From Takakia lepidozioides (lineage: Eukaryota; Plantae; Bryophyta): DNA of 64,000 nt. Location of the stretch: assembly GCA_030704615.1 (NCBI GenBank), contig CM060734.1, forward strand, positions 63,116,001-63,180,000. Direction: 5' to 3'. The notes under the pieces were generated by a model. The model was not told where the DNA came from. It saw only the letters and a list, made by a program, of their open reading frames with translations, and searched no databases. Position 1 is the first letter of the stretch. Every line of letters begins with the position of its first letter. The position numbers and the translations under genes are program-made. Shown here piece by piece: positions 1-12,900 of this stretch.

Positions 1-3000
1 ACCAAGTGGCAACATCACATGCATTGGCCAAATTGGATACTTTTTGGATTGTTGGATGAGGGATCTCAAGGGGATGGAACCCTGCTAATTTCGCCTCAAT
101 CCCATTTGATCCCGTCACTCAAATCTTTAAAAAATTACCAAAAATGGATATGTTTCTCAAAAGAGCCCCAATAATGGGGCCCACATTCAACGGTGGCATT
201 TGTGGATCTGGGGCTGATTGGCCTCAAATTCGGCAGGTGGCTGCAGGAGGAAGGTACGCGCCTAATGTGCGGTCAAGTTCTTTAAAAAGTTAATTTTCTG
301 AAAGTTACACCTTTTTTTCACTTAAGGGGTCATGTTTTCTGAAAAAGTCAAACTATGGCACTGGGCGTTTAAGGGATAATAAAGTTAACCAGGGCTGCGA
401 TCCCCCTGTTAACCAAAAAAGAAAAAAGAAATCCCTGATAAGCACAAGAGAGGGGATTGGGACATTTTCCCCCCACTCATCTTTTCCTCTTACAGTTTCC
501 CCCTTCAACTTTCCCTCCAGCTTTTCATAGCAAGGGATTATTAGTTGGAATGTTGCACTTTCCCTCCAAGTTTCCCTCTGATAAACGTGCCAAAGGGGTT
601 CTTTTAAGGGTTTTCTATTTTCCATTTGTCAGGGGCCTCTAAGGAGGGAAAAATTGGAACATATCCTCTTCCCAATAGAGGGGAAGTCCTAAAAGCTCCT
701 TGTGAAGATTTAACTGATCCACTGTTATAACCCGACAATGATCGTGGCATTCACAGGCTCTTTAATTTTGTGGCCTCAAGATTAGAGTTTGTTTTGAAAT
801 TCAGAAAAGCCTGGATGGTGCACGAGTTCTGCAGATCAGTCTCTGCTGATCACAGCATGTAAGTCTACAAACCGATGAGTTCTTACCTCAGGAATGATTC
901 ACGTAGTATTGAGTATTATGTGTTATGAGGAGAAATCAGTTCCTTTAAGAGATTGAATTGGAGAATGGAGAATGGATATTAATTTTAGGGGGTTTGGAAT
1001 TTTTTTTCAAAAGAGATGAGCCCTTTAATTTGTTTTACTGTTCAAGATGTACACACGGTTGGTATCCGCGTGCCTAACAACCAAGAATCTGCTATTGATC
1101 AGTGTGACGAATTAGAAAAGAACTTATGAATTGTCAACTGCAAAAAATTTCCACAGTAATGCAAAAATGGAGTCCTGCTTCCCCCCTTAGAAGTTGCAGA
1201 TTCATGCTCAGCTACATCCAGACAAGACTCCAACATAAATCGGTAAACAGATTTATAACTCAAAAATGGAGTGTCAAACTGATTTGTAACCAGAAATCAA
1301 GAATCAGCTCAATATGTACACTGTAACTTCTTAAGCCCTTGGAGCCTTAAGCTTCAGAATTCATGTGTAATTCACTAGAGCTACACTGGATCTCATCTTG
1401 CTCAAGCATGACTGTCTTCACTATCTCAACATAGCTCGACTAATCGTGATGTTTCCCCTCTTGGCAAAATGAATCAGAGCCTCACAGTATGAATTCCCTA
1501 GTGAATTTCAAGTAGTGCAAACCGATTACTCAGCAACGATGTACTCCATGAAGCTTGCGTTGTCGAAATCGGCGTGCTTGTACACGCTTCTGGAGCTCCT
1601 GTCTGTAACATTCGTAGAGCACCCAACTCCGTCCCTCCAATCGTAGAAGATCATTTCTGGATCGTGAATAGTCTTAGGACGCTCCTCAACCTTGGTCTTG
1701 CCCTTCCCGTTCCCAAGCTTCTGCTTTTTGCACGACATCCCTGCCGCTTCACCTATATTCCTTTTGACATGTATCGATCCCTCCTTGATTGCGATTTCTA
1801 GTTGCAGTTCTGAATTTTCCCAAGGGCACGGTCCGCTTCCTTGCAGGTGGCACCCGCTTCTTCGGAGCTGGCTCCTTGGATATGATCGTAGGCGTTTTCA
1901 CTCTCGGAATCTCACAAGGACGCTCTATACGCCTCTCCTTCTTTGCGTTCCAGCTAGCCTTTGCCACGGATTTCAGCCCTCGGGTCTTCTTTACTTCTGT
2001 CTTCTCCTCCAGAGTCCGCCATCTTCCGTCTGATTCGACCATCCCGTGTGACAGGGCCTGGAGGTCCAGCCATTGCGGCCGTGTGATCCTTGGAGGCGGT
2101 CGAGCCAGGATCAGGTGGAGGAGCCATAGCAACTCCGAGACGAGGTGGAAGGGAGTGTGAAACTGATTGCCTTGGGATCTTCCAAGACACGTACCTGAAA
2201 ACTATGACCAAGTGTCTGATTGTGCATCTTATATACCAGCGCAAGAGCATTCCTGGATAGCAAAAGTCTCGGCCATCTGAAAAGTGAGTAAGTATTCCTC
2301 GATTAGCAAGACCTCGCGCTGAAATTAAAGTCTCGGGCTCCAAAGTGAGTAAGCGTTCCTCAATTAGCAATGGAGGGCATCCGAAAGGCAATCCTTCGTC
2401 GGAACCTGTCGAGTAGAGAAGTGATACATCCTCAAACGTGTGATCACACGTACAAATTACATTGACGCGGATACTTTTGGTTTGGGTTGGCGGATTTACG
2501 AGTATCGGTCTGCGAGGCTGGCGTGTACATCAAGTAATTGTCCGCGTGCAAAGTCTAGTAACTGACACATTCAGCGTAAGCATCTGGATAATCTGGAATG
2601 GGGTGGTAGAGAGCAGCCGCCAGCGCGGATGTGAAGGTTGCTCTCTTGCGGATGCAACATCTGACTCTTCTTTTTGGTTTTGTGTGTGTTCCTTTGCATT
2701 TGTGAGGTTAGTACGTTAGTACAGCCCACTACTACTCCAGCTGATCACCTCCTTTCCAATACTGGAACCGGGTGATAAGTTTGTTCAACTCTATGAGTAC
2801 AGAGGTTGTCAGCTCTTCATGCAAACACGGAAGTGGGAATGCTGATTTCCTGCCGAATCAAAACTGAGTTGGCAGGTATGGCGAAACTGGAAGGATGGGT
2901 GTGGGAGTGCAGTTTCCATTTGGATGCCAAGGGCTCCAGTACACTATGTACTAGGACTGATGTGTTGGTGTCCCTGCCTATGCCGAGCCCTCATTGAATT

Positions 3001-4026
3001 CAGTTTGGTGTGCACGCTCTGACCTCACTGAGCAAGTCCCACACATCTGGCGTGCCCCCAGTGACTTCGCACTGTTTCCACTCAGTTAGTGATGCTCTCA
3101 CATTTGTTGCTATGAGGGAACAGAAGCATGAAGTAGTGTGAAACGTGTCTGGAAATTTGGCTTAAGCATTGTGAAGTGCAGGAACTTTGGCAAAGATCCC
3201 CAAGTTAGGTCAACCATCATAGAACCATCACAATTTTTGTGTTGTAAACAGAGAGACACACAGTTGGTTTCCTCTCATATCTGCGCGCAGAGCTAAGGAA
3301 CTTTGATGAATAAAAGCTGTGCAGTTCAGAACTGTAAATATTCCTAACTTTGCAACATTCAATCTTCTGGTCACACCACTGTCTCTCAGTTCTGCTGTTC
3401 CACATTGGTATGATGCCCTTTATCAGTTTTCTAACTCTTATACTTCACAACTCAGAGGAGGTCTGGAAAGATTTATATCAGAATCACCCCGACCTGCGGC
3501 CATCGGTGGGGCAATAATGTAATGAAAATAATTCGTGCCCAAGTATGCCTCCACAGGGTGTAGTGGCATGGCACAATCTAGCATGCTCGGCTGTGTCCAA
3601 ATAGCCAGCTGTACATCTGCATCTGTGGTGCAACATTTACCACTAAGATGTAAGGCTAGACTCCATATTGTGCAGACCATGTTTCGTAAGGAACAACCAG
3701 GAAACAGCTCTCTTGAGATGGAAGAACGTCCTCCAAAGTGAAAGAGAAATGTCCACGGCTGTGCTTGAACTAAGAGGGTAAGTTAGAAACAAGGGGACTG
3801 CATCCAGTTAACCTTACCAGTACTACAAAAGCAATCCATGTAAAACAGCTGCAGTGGTGCAATTCTCCACTACATCAATATGTTGGCAAGAGTTGTTCAT
3901 TGAGATATACAATGCAGCTGACTTCTACTTTCAAGTCAAGCAGAGGACCATGTCTTGGGTACATAGTACATACCTCATGTCTTCGAATATCAGCATTCAG
4001 CCCATCGACATGCAAAACCTACTTAC

Positions 4027-5845
4027 CCACCAAAAGTAAATCTTCTACTGCCCTCTTCCCCAGGAGTTTCTTTATCACATCTCCCTCCGCTTCATGATTG
4101 CTTGCACCATTTGAAGGGCCCGGCTGGGCACCTTCCAATGTGTTGTGCCCTATCTCCTCATCTTCATCTGTATCCTGTCAACTCAAATAGGTGCTATTGA
4201 AATTAGAAACCTTCTTTAGAACCACCGACACCCCCCCCCCACCCGACTCAGGTTAAGTTCAAGTCATAATGGTTCAGCTTCTAATTTTCTCACCAAATCA
4301 GGCTGCATCCTCTTAGACATTCAAGATTCAAATGAGAACATATTTTGTTCACTTTTAGCCACATTGGAATCAATTTTATAAGATGGGACTAGACAGTGGG
4401 GTCTCAGTCATGTCTTCCCACATCTCAGGGTCGGGTGAGAATCTCACACAATATGTCTATGATGGCCTATTGCAAAATAGGTCAACGGCCAGCAGGCTAC
4501 AACAGATCAGTCTAGTAATTCATCATCTCCTGCACAACACACATACAAAAGTAAGACAAGTCATTACCCGTTCTTCCTGGAACTCTTCAATTTCAACATA
4601 CTCCGCATCATCACAACTGGTATACCTGCTTCCACTCTCTCCTCCCTCAGACGGTGCTGAAACCAGGCCTCCTCCGCCTGCCTTATCAACAAGTCTGAAA
4701 ATCGCTCCCCAGGCCTGGCAGCAACACCCCTGCTAGCTGGGTCCTACAGCAAATTGCTATTGTTAGAGGGTTGACTAAAGAGTGAAAGAATAAGGTGTCC
4801 GCAATGAAAGGACAAACTCCAAACCTAAAAAATTATCTTCCATTATCTACTCACAAAAATTGTCTAAGGAAACACAAATAGACCTGAAACTGCCCAACAT
4901 ATCCATGGTGCGAACGCATGAGCATCGCATCCTCAGAGAAGTATTGGCCATCTTCTATCAAACGATTCATGTAAGCCATTCGGCGGTTTTCACTGTAGCT
5001 GCCTGAGATCGCTGCTTTGCAACTCTTGGACTGATTGCACTTCTTAAGGATTTTAAATGCCAGCCCACCTGATAATCTCCCTCTAGCACTTCACATTGTT
5101 GCAGCTCCCCGCTGTTCAAATTAGGGCCATAACGTTCTGCCAAATCAGCCCACATCACAATCACATAATATAGGGGACCAACGTGAATTCAGAAATAGCC
5201 TTGACCAAAGAGTGGAAAAGGTACGGAATTCAACATCTTTACATGCCTGGTGGCCTGCCTATTCACAGCTTCATGCATCATACAGCATTGTGGGCATAGT
5301 CCCCTTGAAATAAAACCCTTCCCAGTACGGTATTCACGAACCGATTCACACAACCCTTTGACCTACTCTTGTGGGCATACTTGTGCTAGACCGGCTCTGG
5401 AGTTTAAACCCACTTGGATACACGACTTACCCCAAAAACTTCCTTGACTCGCACAGTCGGTTGCAGAATTCAACTGTTGTTTGGGATGCAATAACTTGCT
5501 ACCACAAAACATGAAGATTATTCGATCTGCTGCTGTAGCAGTCCGACTGAGCGAGTCACGCTGTCGGGAGAGATGAAAAGTAGCTGCACTCGTCATGAAT
5601 CCAGTTTCTACGTGCTGGGCAGCATGGAGGACACAGTTCGCACATCAGAAATGGGGAGAGAGATTACCCAGAAACACAGCCAAAGAAGAGACACAAGATG
5701 CAATCGTTTCTCGTCCTGCGTCACAGGCTCCGACCGAGAGGCCAACGAGTGCGGCAAATGAAGGTCTGGCAACGAAGATAACCGTCTCCACCATGCTATC
5801 CACCCCTTGTTCCTCCATCTCCGCCTTCTTCACCTCTAACCCCAT
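4027..5845 (-). pseudogene. CCDC97: CCDC97 (DUF2052) coiled-coil protein pseudogene; recognisable exons ~5845/5818-5668, 5136-4884, 4743-4568, 4174-4027
   Basis: Spliced translation gives AVFL|ERYG..GDYQVGWHLKSLRS..VK(N)RRMAYMNRLIEDGQYFSEDAM..HHGYVGQFQ|DPASR..ARPGERFSDLLIRQAEEA, matching plant CCDC97 motifs. GT/AG sites are in phase. Several frameshifts (exon 1 twice, ~4985, ~4612) and small deletions. C-terminal exon not found. Confidence 0.8.
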
Positions 5846-6665
5846 AACCTAAACCCCTACCTCTTTATCCTCCTAAACTTCACAACCTGGTACCCTCTAA
5901 TGTTTCGCAGAATATTGACCAACTTCACTGGATTTCTGGTTTGATAGCAGGTCGCTATCTTTCTACAACCCGCCTGATTTCAACTGACATCTGCTGCTCT
6001 GCATATCACACACACTCTGCGTCGAAATCGCCCCTTTTGCTGGGCATCGAATCTGCAGACTGGGTACTTCTTCCTGGCAGAGCAACATGCGGAGAATGAT
6101 CGGGGTTCAAACTTCAAAAAGACAGACCCACTCTCAGCATGCCATCTCCATGCCAGTCTCTCCGTTGCTGAATAGGTATTAACAATACGTATTACGCAAT
6201 TACCAAGAATTGTGCATGTTGCTGGGACAGGTGAAGGCTGATTCCTATACGTGGCTGAGTACCACGCCTTACAGTGCTGCGAGACGAAGTGTTCCAGAGG
6301 ATTGCAAAGGGTTTATATTCCAAGGGGACTGTGCCCACAAGGTGATGTCAAGGCTGTTTGAAACGGCCGCTTGGTAGACCTGCAGACATGTAAACCCAGA
6401 ACAACACATGACGTCCCACTTGCGACCAAATTCGAGGTCCTACAGTGAGAATAGGAGGTGGGCTGCCACTGCAGATGCTTAAGAAACGCAATCAATCCCA
6501 TTTGCAGTGCAGCATCGTCCCAGGCAGATAGCTGCTGGCAACACAGCCTCACGGGGTCTGAACTTTGACAAGTCTGTCAACAAACCAAAATGGCAAAAGC
6601 ACTCCGACTGTGAGCAGAAAATCAAAGAGGAGAAAAGTTGTAGTGCTGTGTAGATTCTCGGGAGC

Positions 6666-6738
6666 TTCCGTTGCCGGGACTCGAACCCGGGTCGCTCGGG
6701 TGAGAGCCGAGTATCCTAACCATCTAGACTACAACGGA
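6666..6738 (-). tRNA. tRNA-Glu (anticodon CTC)
   Basis: Reverse complement TCCGTTGTAGTCTAGATGGTTAGGATACTCGGCTCTCACCCGAGCGACCCGGGTTCGAGTCCCGGCAACGGAA: 7-bp acceptor stem, CTC anticodon, GTTCGAGTCC B-box. T-run about 30 nt downstream. Confidence 0.97.
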
Positions 6739-7795
6739 GAGACACACATCGTAGAACAGAAAAAATTTATCTACAGTAGAGAAGTACGCATTATGATTGG
6801 CATCTATGTAGGAAAATCGTGCTCGATTGGAATGCTTCCACGTCTCCAAGTCTGCTGATCACCTACGGAAACGGCTCCACATTCCACAAGAGTGACAAAG
6901 CGTACACGAAGATGGAATCCTTGCCTGATTTATATGTATCGCTAGCAGTTCATTTGCAGGCAAACGATCTGTTGGCAGTGGTATAGCATTGTCCTGCACA
7001 ACAAAGCGAAGATGGAGTTGATCAGTGTAGATCAGGAACTCAAGAGGTCTTCCACACAACGGCCACAAACGGCAAAGAGAGTGAAACAGATGCTCACCAA
7101 ATCCGCACCGAATCTGGCAGCAGAGGAATTAGAAAGGAGTGGGGGAATACGACATTGAGGTTCTGGAAACTAGGATACTAGGACTTCCTCTTCCCTTGTC
7201 TTCTTCCCCTTTTTGAAAATGAGCGCAGTTGAAACGTTTTCTTGCTTGAATCACGTTTCTTCTTCGTTTGTTATGGGGTTTCTATCTTGTCATTCTTGCT
7301 TTCTCTCTTTCTTTGTTGACTTGGAAGGAGAGTTTCTGGGCTGCTCTTATGTGAATTTGACTTAGAGCAAGGTCAGATTTGCAGGTGTTGTATTTTGGGG
7401 ATCATCTCTATACTGATTTAAGAGGGCCTGCCGAAGTTGGGTAGATTCTTACAACGATTGTCCGAGAGCCCCGTGAGGATTGACCTAGAATATAAATAGA
7501 CCAGAAATATTATATTCGTATTATTTTAAAGTTGTCTATTATCACCTAGATTCAGTAGTATTCAAGTTCGAGTGGACATCTTTTGATTCTAACCTGCCAA
7601 TTGTCATAACATCTATTGTATGGGCTGAGTCCTCCTAAGGAAAGAACAGGCATGGATTGTTATCTCCTGATGTACCTTCCCCAGTTAATACCTATCCTAT
7701 CAAGATAATACCTTCCCCAATAAATAGTCATTTTCAGTATACTCTAGATTCTCATCCGCCTATTTTTACCCATTCATTCATAACTTGGTGAGTGG

Positions 7796-8081
7796 CAGTG
7801 TTTTTATTTCTGGCAAAATTTCGCAAAATTTCGACCTCAAAAAGTAAAATGGAATATTCTGTCGCAAATTCACTCTTTTTTTATGGATGAAATCGCCAAA
7901 CTTTTCCAAATAAAATATAAATTATGGATGAATTTGCCAAAAATGGATGATATACATGGATGAAAGTGTCGAGGAGGATGATTCTATCCAAATTTCAGTG
8001 GATGAACAGAAGATATGGCTATTTCCTCCAAAACTCAGTAGCCACTCCTGTGATTTTCCAAATTTAAGAAAAAAAACACTG
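7796..8081. mobile_element. hAT-like MITE, copy 1 (~286 bp)
   Basis: Terminal inverted repeats CAGTGTTTTT...AAAAACACTG; flanks GTGAGTGG/GTGAGTGC (7/8 match, 8-bp TSD); highly similar to copy 2. Confidence 0.75.
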
Positions 8082-8217
8082 GTGAGTGCTGTAATTTCAT
8101 TATATTTAGTTCTCATCAAATTTAATATTTATCCCTTCAGTTATATTATATTCCTTCAAAAACTATGTATATATTATATTATATTATATTATATATTCAG
8201 GGTGAAAGGGGTGGAAG

Positions 8218-8489
8218 CAGTGTTTTTATTTCTGGCGAAATTTCGCACTTTTTCGACCTCAAAAATCAAAATCGAATATTCTGTCATAAATTCCCTATTT
8301 TCTCATGGATGAAATCGCCAAAACTCTCAAAAAATAAAAAAATCTTGGATGAATTCGCCTAATATGGATGAAAGTACAGAGGAGGATGATTCTGTCCAAA
8401 TTTCAGTGGATGAACAGGAAATATGGCTATTTCCTGCAAAACTCAGTAGCCACTCCTGTTCTTTTCCAAATTTGAAAAAAAAAACACTG
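8218..8489. mobile_element. hAT-like MITE, copy 2 (~272 bp)
   Basis: Same TIRs; flanks GGTGGAAG/GATGGAAA (6/8 match); direct-orientation sibling of 7796-8081. Confidence 0.72.
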
Positions 8490-9716
8490 GATGGAAACCC
8501 TTTGTTAGTTTTATTGATAATTATTGGAGGGAAAAAAATTAAAACCCTTATATGCTCGAAGGCTGCCATAAGGCCTAGCACACAAGGAACGTGTTGGAGA
8601 TACCAGGAACCGTGTATATTCAGTTCCTTCCAGATTTATCCCGTCAGCTCTATTATGTGGAGTTCCTGGGAACGCAGGGAACTGTTGACCGTGACCGTGG
8701 GAAGCCGTGGGTTGGCACAGTGACCAGATCGTGGGGATGGTGGGCCGTGAAGGCTCGTGGGCGTGGTACCACGGGGTATCACGGGGCAGCCCATGGCCAA
8801 CGAGCGCCTAGGGCGGGCCGTGAGAAGTTGTGGCGGTTGGAGCCACGGAAGGCCGCGAACAGCCAGAGTGGAAAAAAAAAAAAAAAAAAAAAAAAACTTT
8901 TTTTTCACTCGTTTCGTGGGACTTTGATGGGGAGGCTAGGCTCTGAAGAACAACGGTTTTGAGCTAGCTGATCCGGCAAAAAGTCAGAATTGCCTCCCTG
9001 TTGCATTTTAACAAAGGGGATTACTTCCCTACAGGTAATCTTTTCAGGTTTTCAGCCCAATTCTTAACTATGGGGGAGACCAGCCTGCAGGTAATTCTTT
9101 TGGAAAGAATGTTGTTGGGGCTTATATGTACCTCTATTTGCTTCATTTTTGAACCTTCAGTGAATGGCGTGGTTTCCTGAGGTGGTTCCATTTTGAGGAA
9201 TGGCTGGTGGACGTAAGGAGGCACTGGCGGACCCTGTGGAGGCTTGCATGGGGTCTTGGAGGCCAAGTTTCATGAGCTCATGGAGGACGGTTTGAGGAGT
9301 GTCTACAGGATGCTCTCATGGTCATGCAAATGAGAGAAAAGAGGAAAACAGAGGGTGTTGGGATGAGAGCGTGCTGGGGTTAGGCATTGCTTTAGCTTCT
9401 CTTCCTCGTAGTTTTCCACCTTCTCTGTAGGCCGAGACCTTTCCGTAGGTGGAGGCAAGAGTCAGTCCGGGTTTGGGCTGGGTTGCAGGAACGACACTGT
9501 GGAGTTGTTTTTGGTGTGGGGAGTTATTGTTTTCATTCTTGTGTTTGGATCCACTAGTGAGGGGTGCCACTACCACTACCACTAGTGCAAGTGGAGTCAG
9601 CTGCGGCAGTGACTCGATGAGCAACACGAGTTCCTGAGCCACGGGGTGCGGAGGTGGACTTGGATCCACAGCGTGGGGAGGCAAGCCGTCAAGCCAGGCT
9701 TCCTTAGTCATTCACA

Positions 9717-10800
9717 TTGGCGGAGACAGTGTCGACGCTGTCCATGACACCTAGTTCTCGCCCGACTGTTATCGAGGTGGAGGTTACTATGCAATTGGGG
9801 AAAGCTACACGGGCAGCAACACTACCTAGTGTTGCCAAGGCTACGGCAGCTAGTGTACTGCTAGGGGCGGCCACATCTGTGTGCCAGACTCCATTGTTCT
9901 CGACTACCATGATTGCGACGCCGGGGGTAAGACCAGCTGAGGTGTTCAGGCTGGCAGCTACACTCTGTGAGAGTGAGGAGGTTACTTCATCTTCTGTGGA
10001 GATAGTGGGAGGTGTAGTGCCGGAGGGATCCTCGGATGTGAGGGTCAAAACTGCCACGGCGGCGCCATGACAAGCTGCAGCTGCCAGCTAGGCCAGCCAT
10101 TGAGCGCGTCATGGTGACACCTGGAGTTGTCATGTTAGACAACCACGATGACATTTTCTGTTTGGACCGGTAGGCAAGAGATACCGGCCACTGTGGGTCT
10201 TGTTAGACTCGGGAGCTCAGCCATTGATGCTGGGCAAAACTGCTATTGCAGGCTTGGGCCTCACGGAGGCGAATATGGAGCCATGCCCTTTCCAGATACA
10301 AACATTTTTGGGAGGATCAGAGCAAGCTCGGGGCATGACACGGCGTGAGTTGGCTATCAGACTACAGCCGGATCATCCTATAGATGGCTCAGTGATGAGA
10401 GCCAAGGCCATTGTGACAGACGCGGTCTCATACGATGTCCTTGTTGGTGGGGCAGTGTTGTACCCTATGGGCTTTACCCTGAATTTTTGGGAGGAGTTAG
10501 ATTCCTATAGGCCTGGATGGCAGTTAGGGGAGGGCCGACGTGTGCAGCTCCCTGTGACATTCATAGGAGGAGTTGCGGTTGCCCAGCGAGGCAAAATGCC
10601 GACACTGGCAGCATTCACAGCTGCAGTGAGTTGGCCTGGAGAGATGGCAACGCTCATTCAGATGATGTGTCATCTCTGGGAGAGCAGGATGACATGTATG
10701 GTATGGCGGAGTTGTCTGTCATGGTTGCTCACACTCCATTGTGGGGCTCGAGCAAGGATTTGCAGCGGGTTGCTGATCGACGGGTGCAACAAGCCTGGAT
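9717..10800 (+). mobile_element. Retroelement gag-linker and retropepsin aspartic protease remnant (degenerate, frameshifted)
   Basis: LLDSGAQPLMLG catalytic D-S-G motif at ~10200, flap-like IQTFLGG and YDVLVGG C-terminal motif; stops and frameshifts upstream. Confidence 0.7.
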
Positions 10801-10879
10801 AGAGGGTTTTGTACCGTCAGGAGAGGAGGACAATATGGGGATTGCACCAGGACCACCTCAGTTGTCACCATTGGATACC

Positions 10880-11410
10880 ACACCGATTGTGTGGCAGTAT
10901 CCGGATGAAGACATTTGTCTTAGAACTGGACTTGTTTGGCGGGATCAACACCGGATTGGCTGCTGTGCTACAGACAGGTATTCGGGTACGACGTTAATTG
11001 TATGTAGAGATGGATGAGACTGCACGACGCGTCTCACTCCGTCATGTTGCTCAGTTGGTGCAGCAGTACCCTAAGTTGTTGCCGGTGTCTGCAGTTCGTG
11101 GATATCAGCAAGCCTTGCTAGCAGACATCTTTTTGCTGGGGCCGCAAGATTTGGAGTGGGTTGGCTCCATTGATTTGGTAGTGACAGGTTGGTCTTGCCA
11201 AGGGCACTCATCAGCCGAGCATGACAATGGATTGCGAGACTCGAGGTCGGGTCTGTTTGGGGAGATGGTGCGGGTTTTGCGCCACTTACAGCTTCATCAA
11301 GCTGTATCCCTAGCATAAATCTTGGAGAATGTGTCACTGATGGGCGATTCTTGGGCCAAGGTGATGGCCAGTGTGCATCAAGTCCGGTCGTGGCTTGGGT
11401 CAGCAGTGTT
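10880..11410 (+). pseudogene. C5-cytosine DNA methyltransferase domain within the retroelement polyprotein (truncated, degenerate)
   Basis: Motif I LDLFGGI (~10926), motif II YVEMD, motif IV IDLVVTGW(S)CQG (~11170-11204), RSGLFGEMVRVL, motif VI (*)ILENV (~11316-11333). In-frame stops at 10995 and 11316. Ends abruptly at ~11410. Confidence 0.85.
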
Positions 11411-11429
11411 AACACATACAGATTGCCCA

Positions 11430-12900
11430 ACTTTGAAAGATTTAGAATACACTACCTTACGATTGTAATGCTTAGCCTGGGAGGCTCGAGCAAAACGAAT
11501 GTTAGACGTAGCAGTTTCACGTAAGTGTCGCATCTTGGCATCCATGGAGAATAAGAATTTCTCTCAGTTTTCAAGCTCAGTGGCAAAAACTTGAAGTCAG
11601 GAAATATATTTGCATATATGCAAAGGGCTACGACATTTTTGACCATACAATAATTCAAATGGAGAGATCTTGGTACTAGCATGAATGGAAGTACGATATG
11701 CAAACAACAAAATATGAAGAATAATGTCTCACTCATCAATCAGGGTCCCATTTTTTTCCAGCATCATACACATGGTTTGATTAAAGCGCGCGGTCAAGCC
11801 ATTGCATTGGGGGTTGTATGGAGCAGTCACAACATGCTTAGTATTCAGATTGAACAAAACAATCTCCATGAACAGAATTCAGTACCTTGATCCGTGAGGA
11901 TCTTGAGAGGGCACCCATGGCGGAGAATCACTTTATCAAAGAAGAATTGTACTTCATCACTGTTCTTAGCAACCAATGGTCGGAGCTCAACCCATTTCGT
12001 TAGGTAATCCGTAGCAACAACAATGTGTACATGGCTCTTGGATGTGGGTTTAAGGGATCCAACTAGATCTAGGCCAACCCTCGCAAAAGGCTCTGTGACA
12101 GGGATTGGCTATAAAAGCAGTGGAGCTTCGGTTCTAGGCAGTATGGTTTTGGCATGACAGGGAATGCATCTTGCAATAAAAGCTGAGACATCCTTGACTA
12201 AACCTTTCCAATGGTATTGTTCTTGAAGACGCTTGACTGTCTTAGTAACCCCCAAATGACCAGCATAAGTAGATGCATGATACAGCTCAAGCAATGCGGG
12301 AACAGCGGACCTAGGAGGGACTTCCACAACAGATCGGCCTTCCAAAACATCAACTTTGAACAAACGCCCTTCATTTTCCCGCCTCTAGCCCTTTAACAGA
12401 TTGCAGTTTAAATCCCAACACATGAACAACACTAAGTGGGATGGCAGACATAGTGCAGCCTGTGTCAATAATGCAGGAATGACGGATGACCTGCATGACG
12501 TTGCGTCATCAAAGGGTGAACACGGAGCTTGTTGGGCCTGTAAAGCGATTCGCAATGTAATAGCTTAAAGTCTTGAGAAAGTACTGCACTTACCACAGAT
12601 TTAGGGCTGGGGAGACGATCGCATGGCACCCTCACAGACGACCTCCGTCGTTTAAACCCTTTTTCTCTTTAAGCTGATCAATCTCGGACTGATGTGGGCA
12701 CTAGTCAGCGAGTATAGTGTTCAGTAGATTTGCAAATCATGCTGGCAGGTAAGGAAACCTTATTCACATACCTTGAGCCAGTTTGCGGTCTTCCCCGGAA
12801 GCCTATCTTTAGTGTCACGCAAAATTTCCTTGCAGTACAACTTAATCTGGAGGAGCATCCCAGCGGACCCAATGCGTCAAATTCTCTCCGTGCAGAATGG
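11430..12900 (-). mobile_element. Internally deleted Ty3/gypsy fragment (integrase + gag zinc-knuckle remnant), same family as 28282-33909
   Basis: HASTYAGHLGVTKT..CIPC zinc finger, VGLDLVG and ILTDQG integrase motifs nearly identical to 28.3-29.3 kb; MICKSTEHYTR knuckle remnant at ~12.71-12.74 kb matches gag at ~32.8 kb. Confidence 0.85.

Noticed and set aside
1526-2400. Cluster of overlapping minus-strand ORFs
   Set aside because: Possibly a TE remnant, but there is no diagnostic domain, so it cannot be assigned.
7947-8723. Duplicated ORFs MDES(V/T)EEDDS..
   Set aside because: They are incidental translations of the two MITE copies.
8872-8906. A25 run followed by a T run as a retrocopy tail or terminator
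   Set aside because: No associated processed gene or TSD; a simple homopolymer within a probable LTR/UTR.
10880-11410. Bacterial restriction-modification methyltransferase or contamination
   Set aside because: It is collinear with a retroviral-type protease, decayed like the surrounding TEs, and embedded among plant genes; no cognate nuclease is present.
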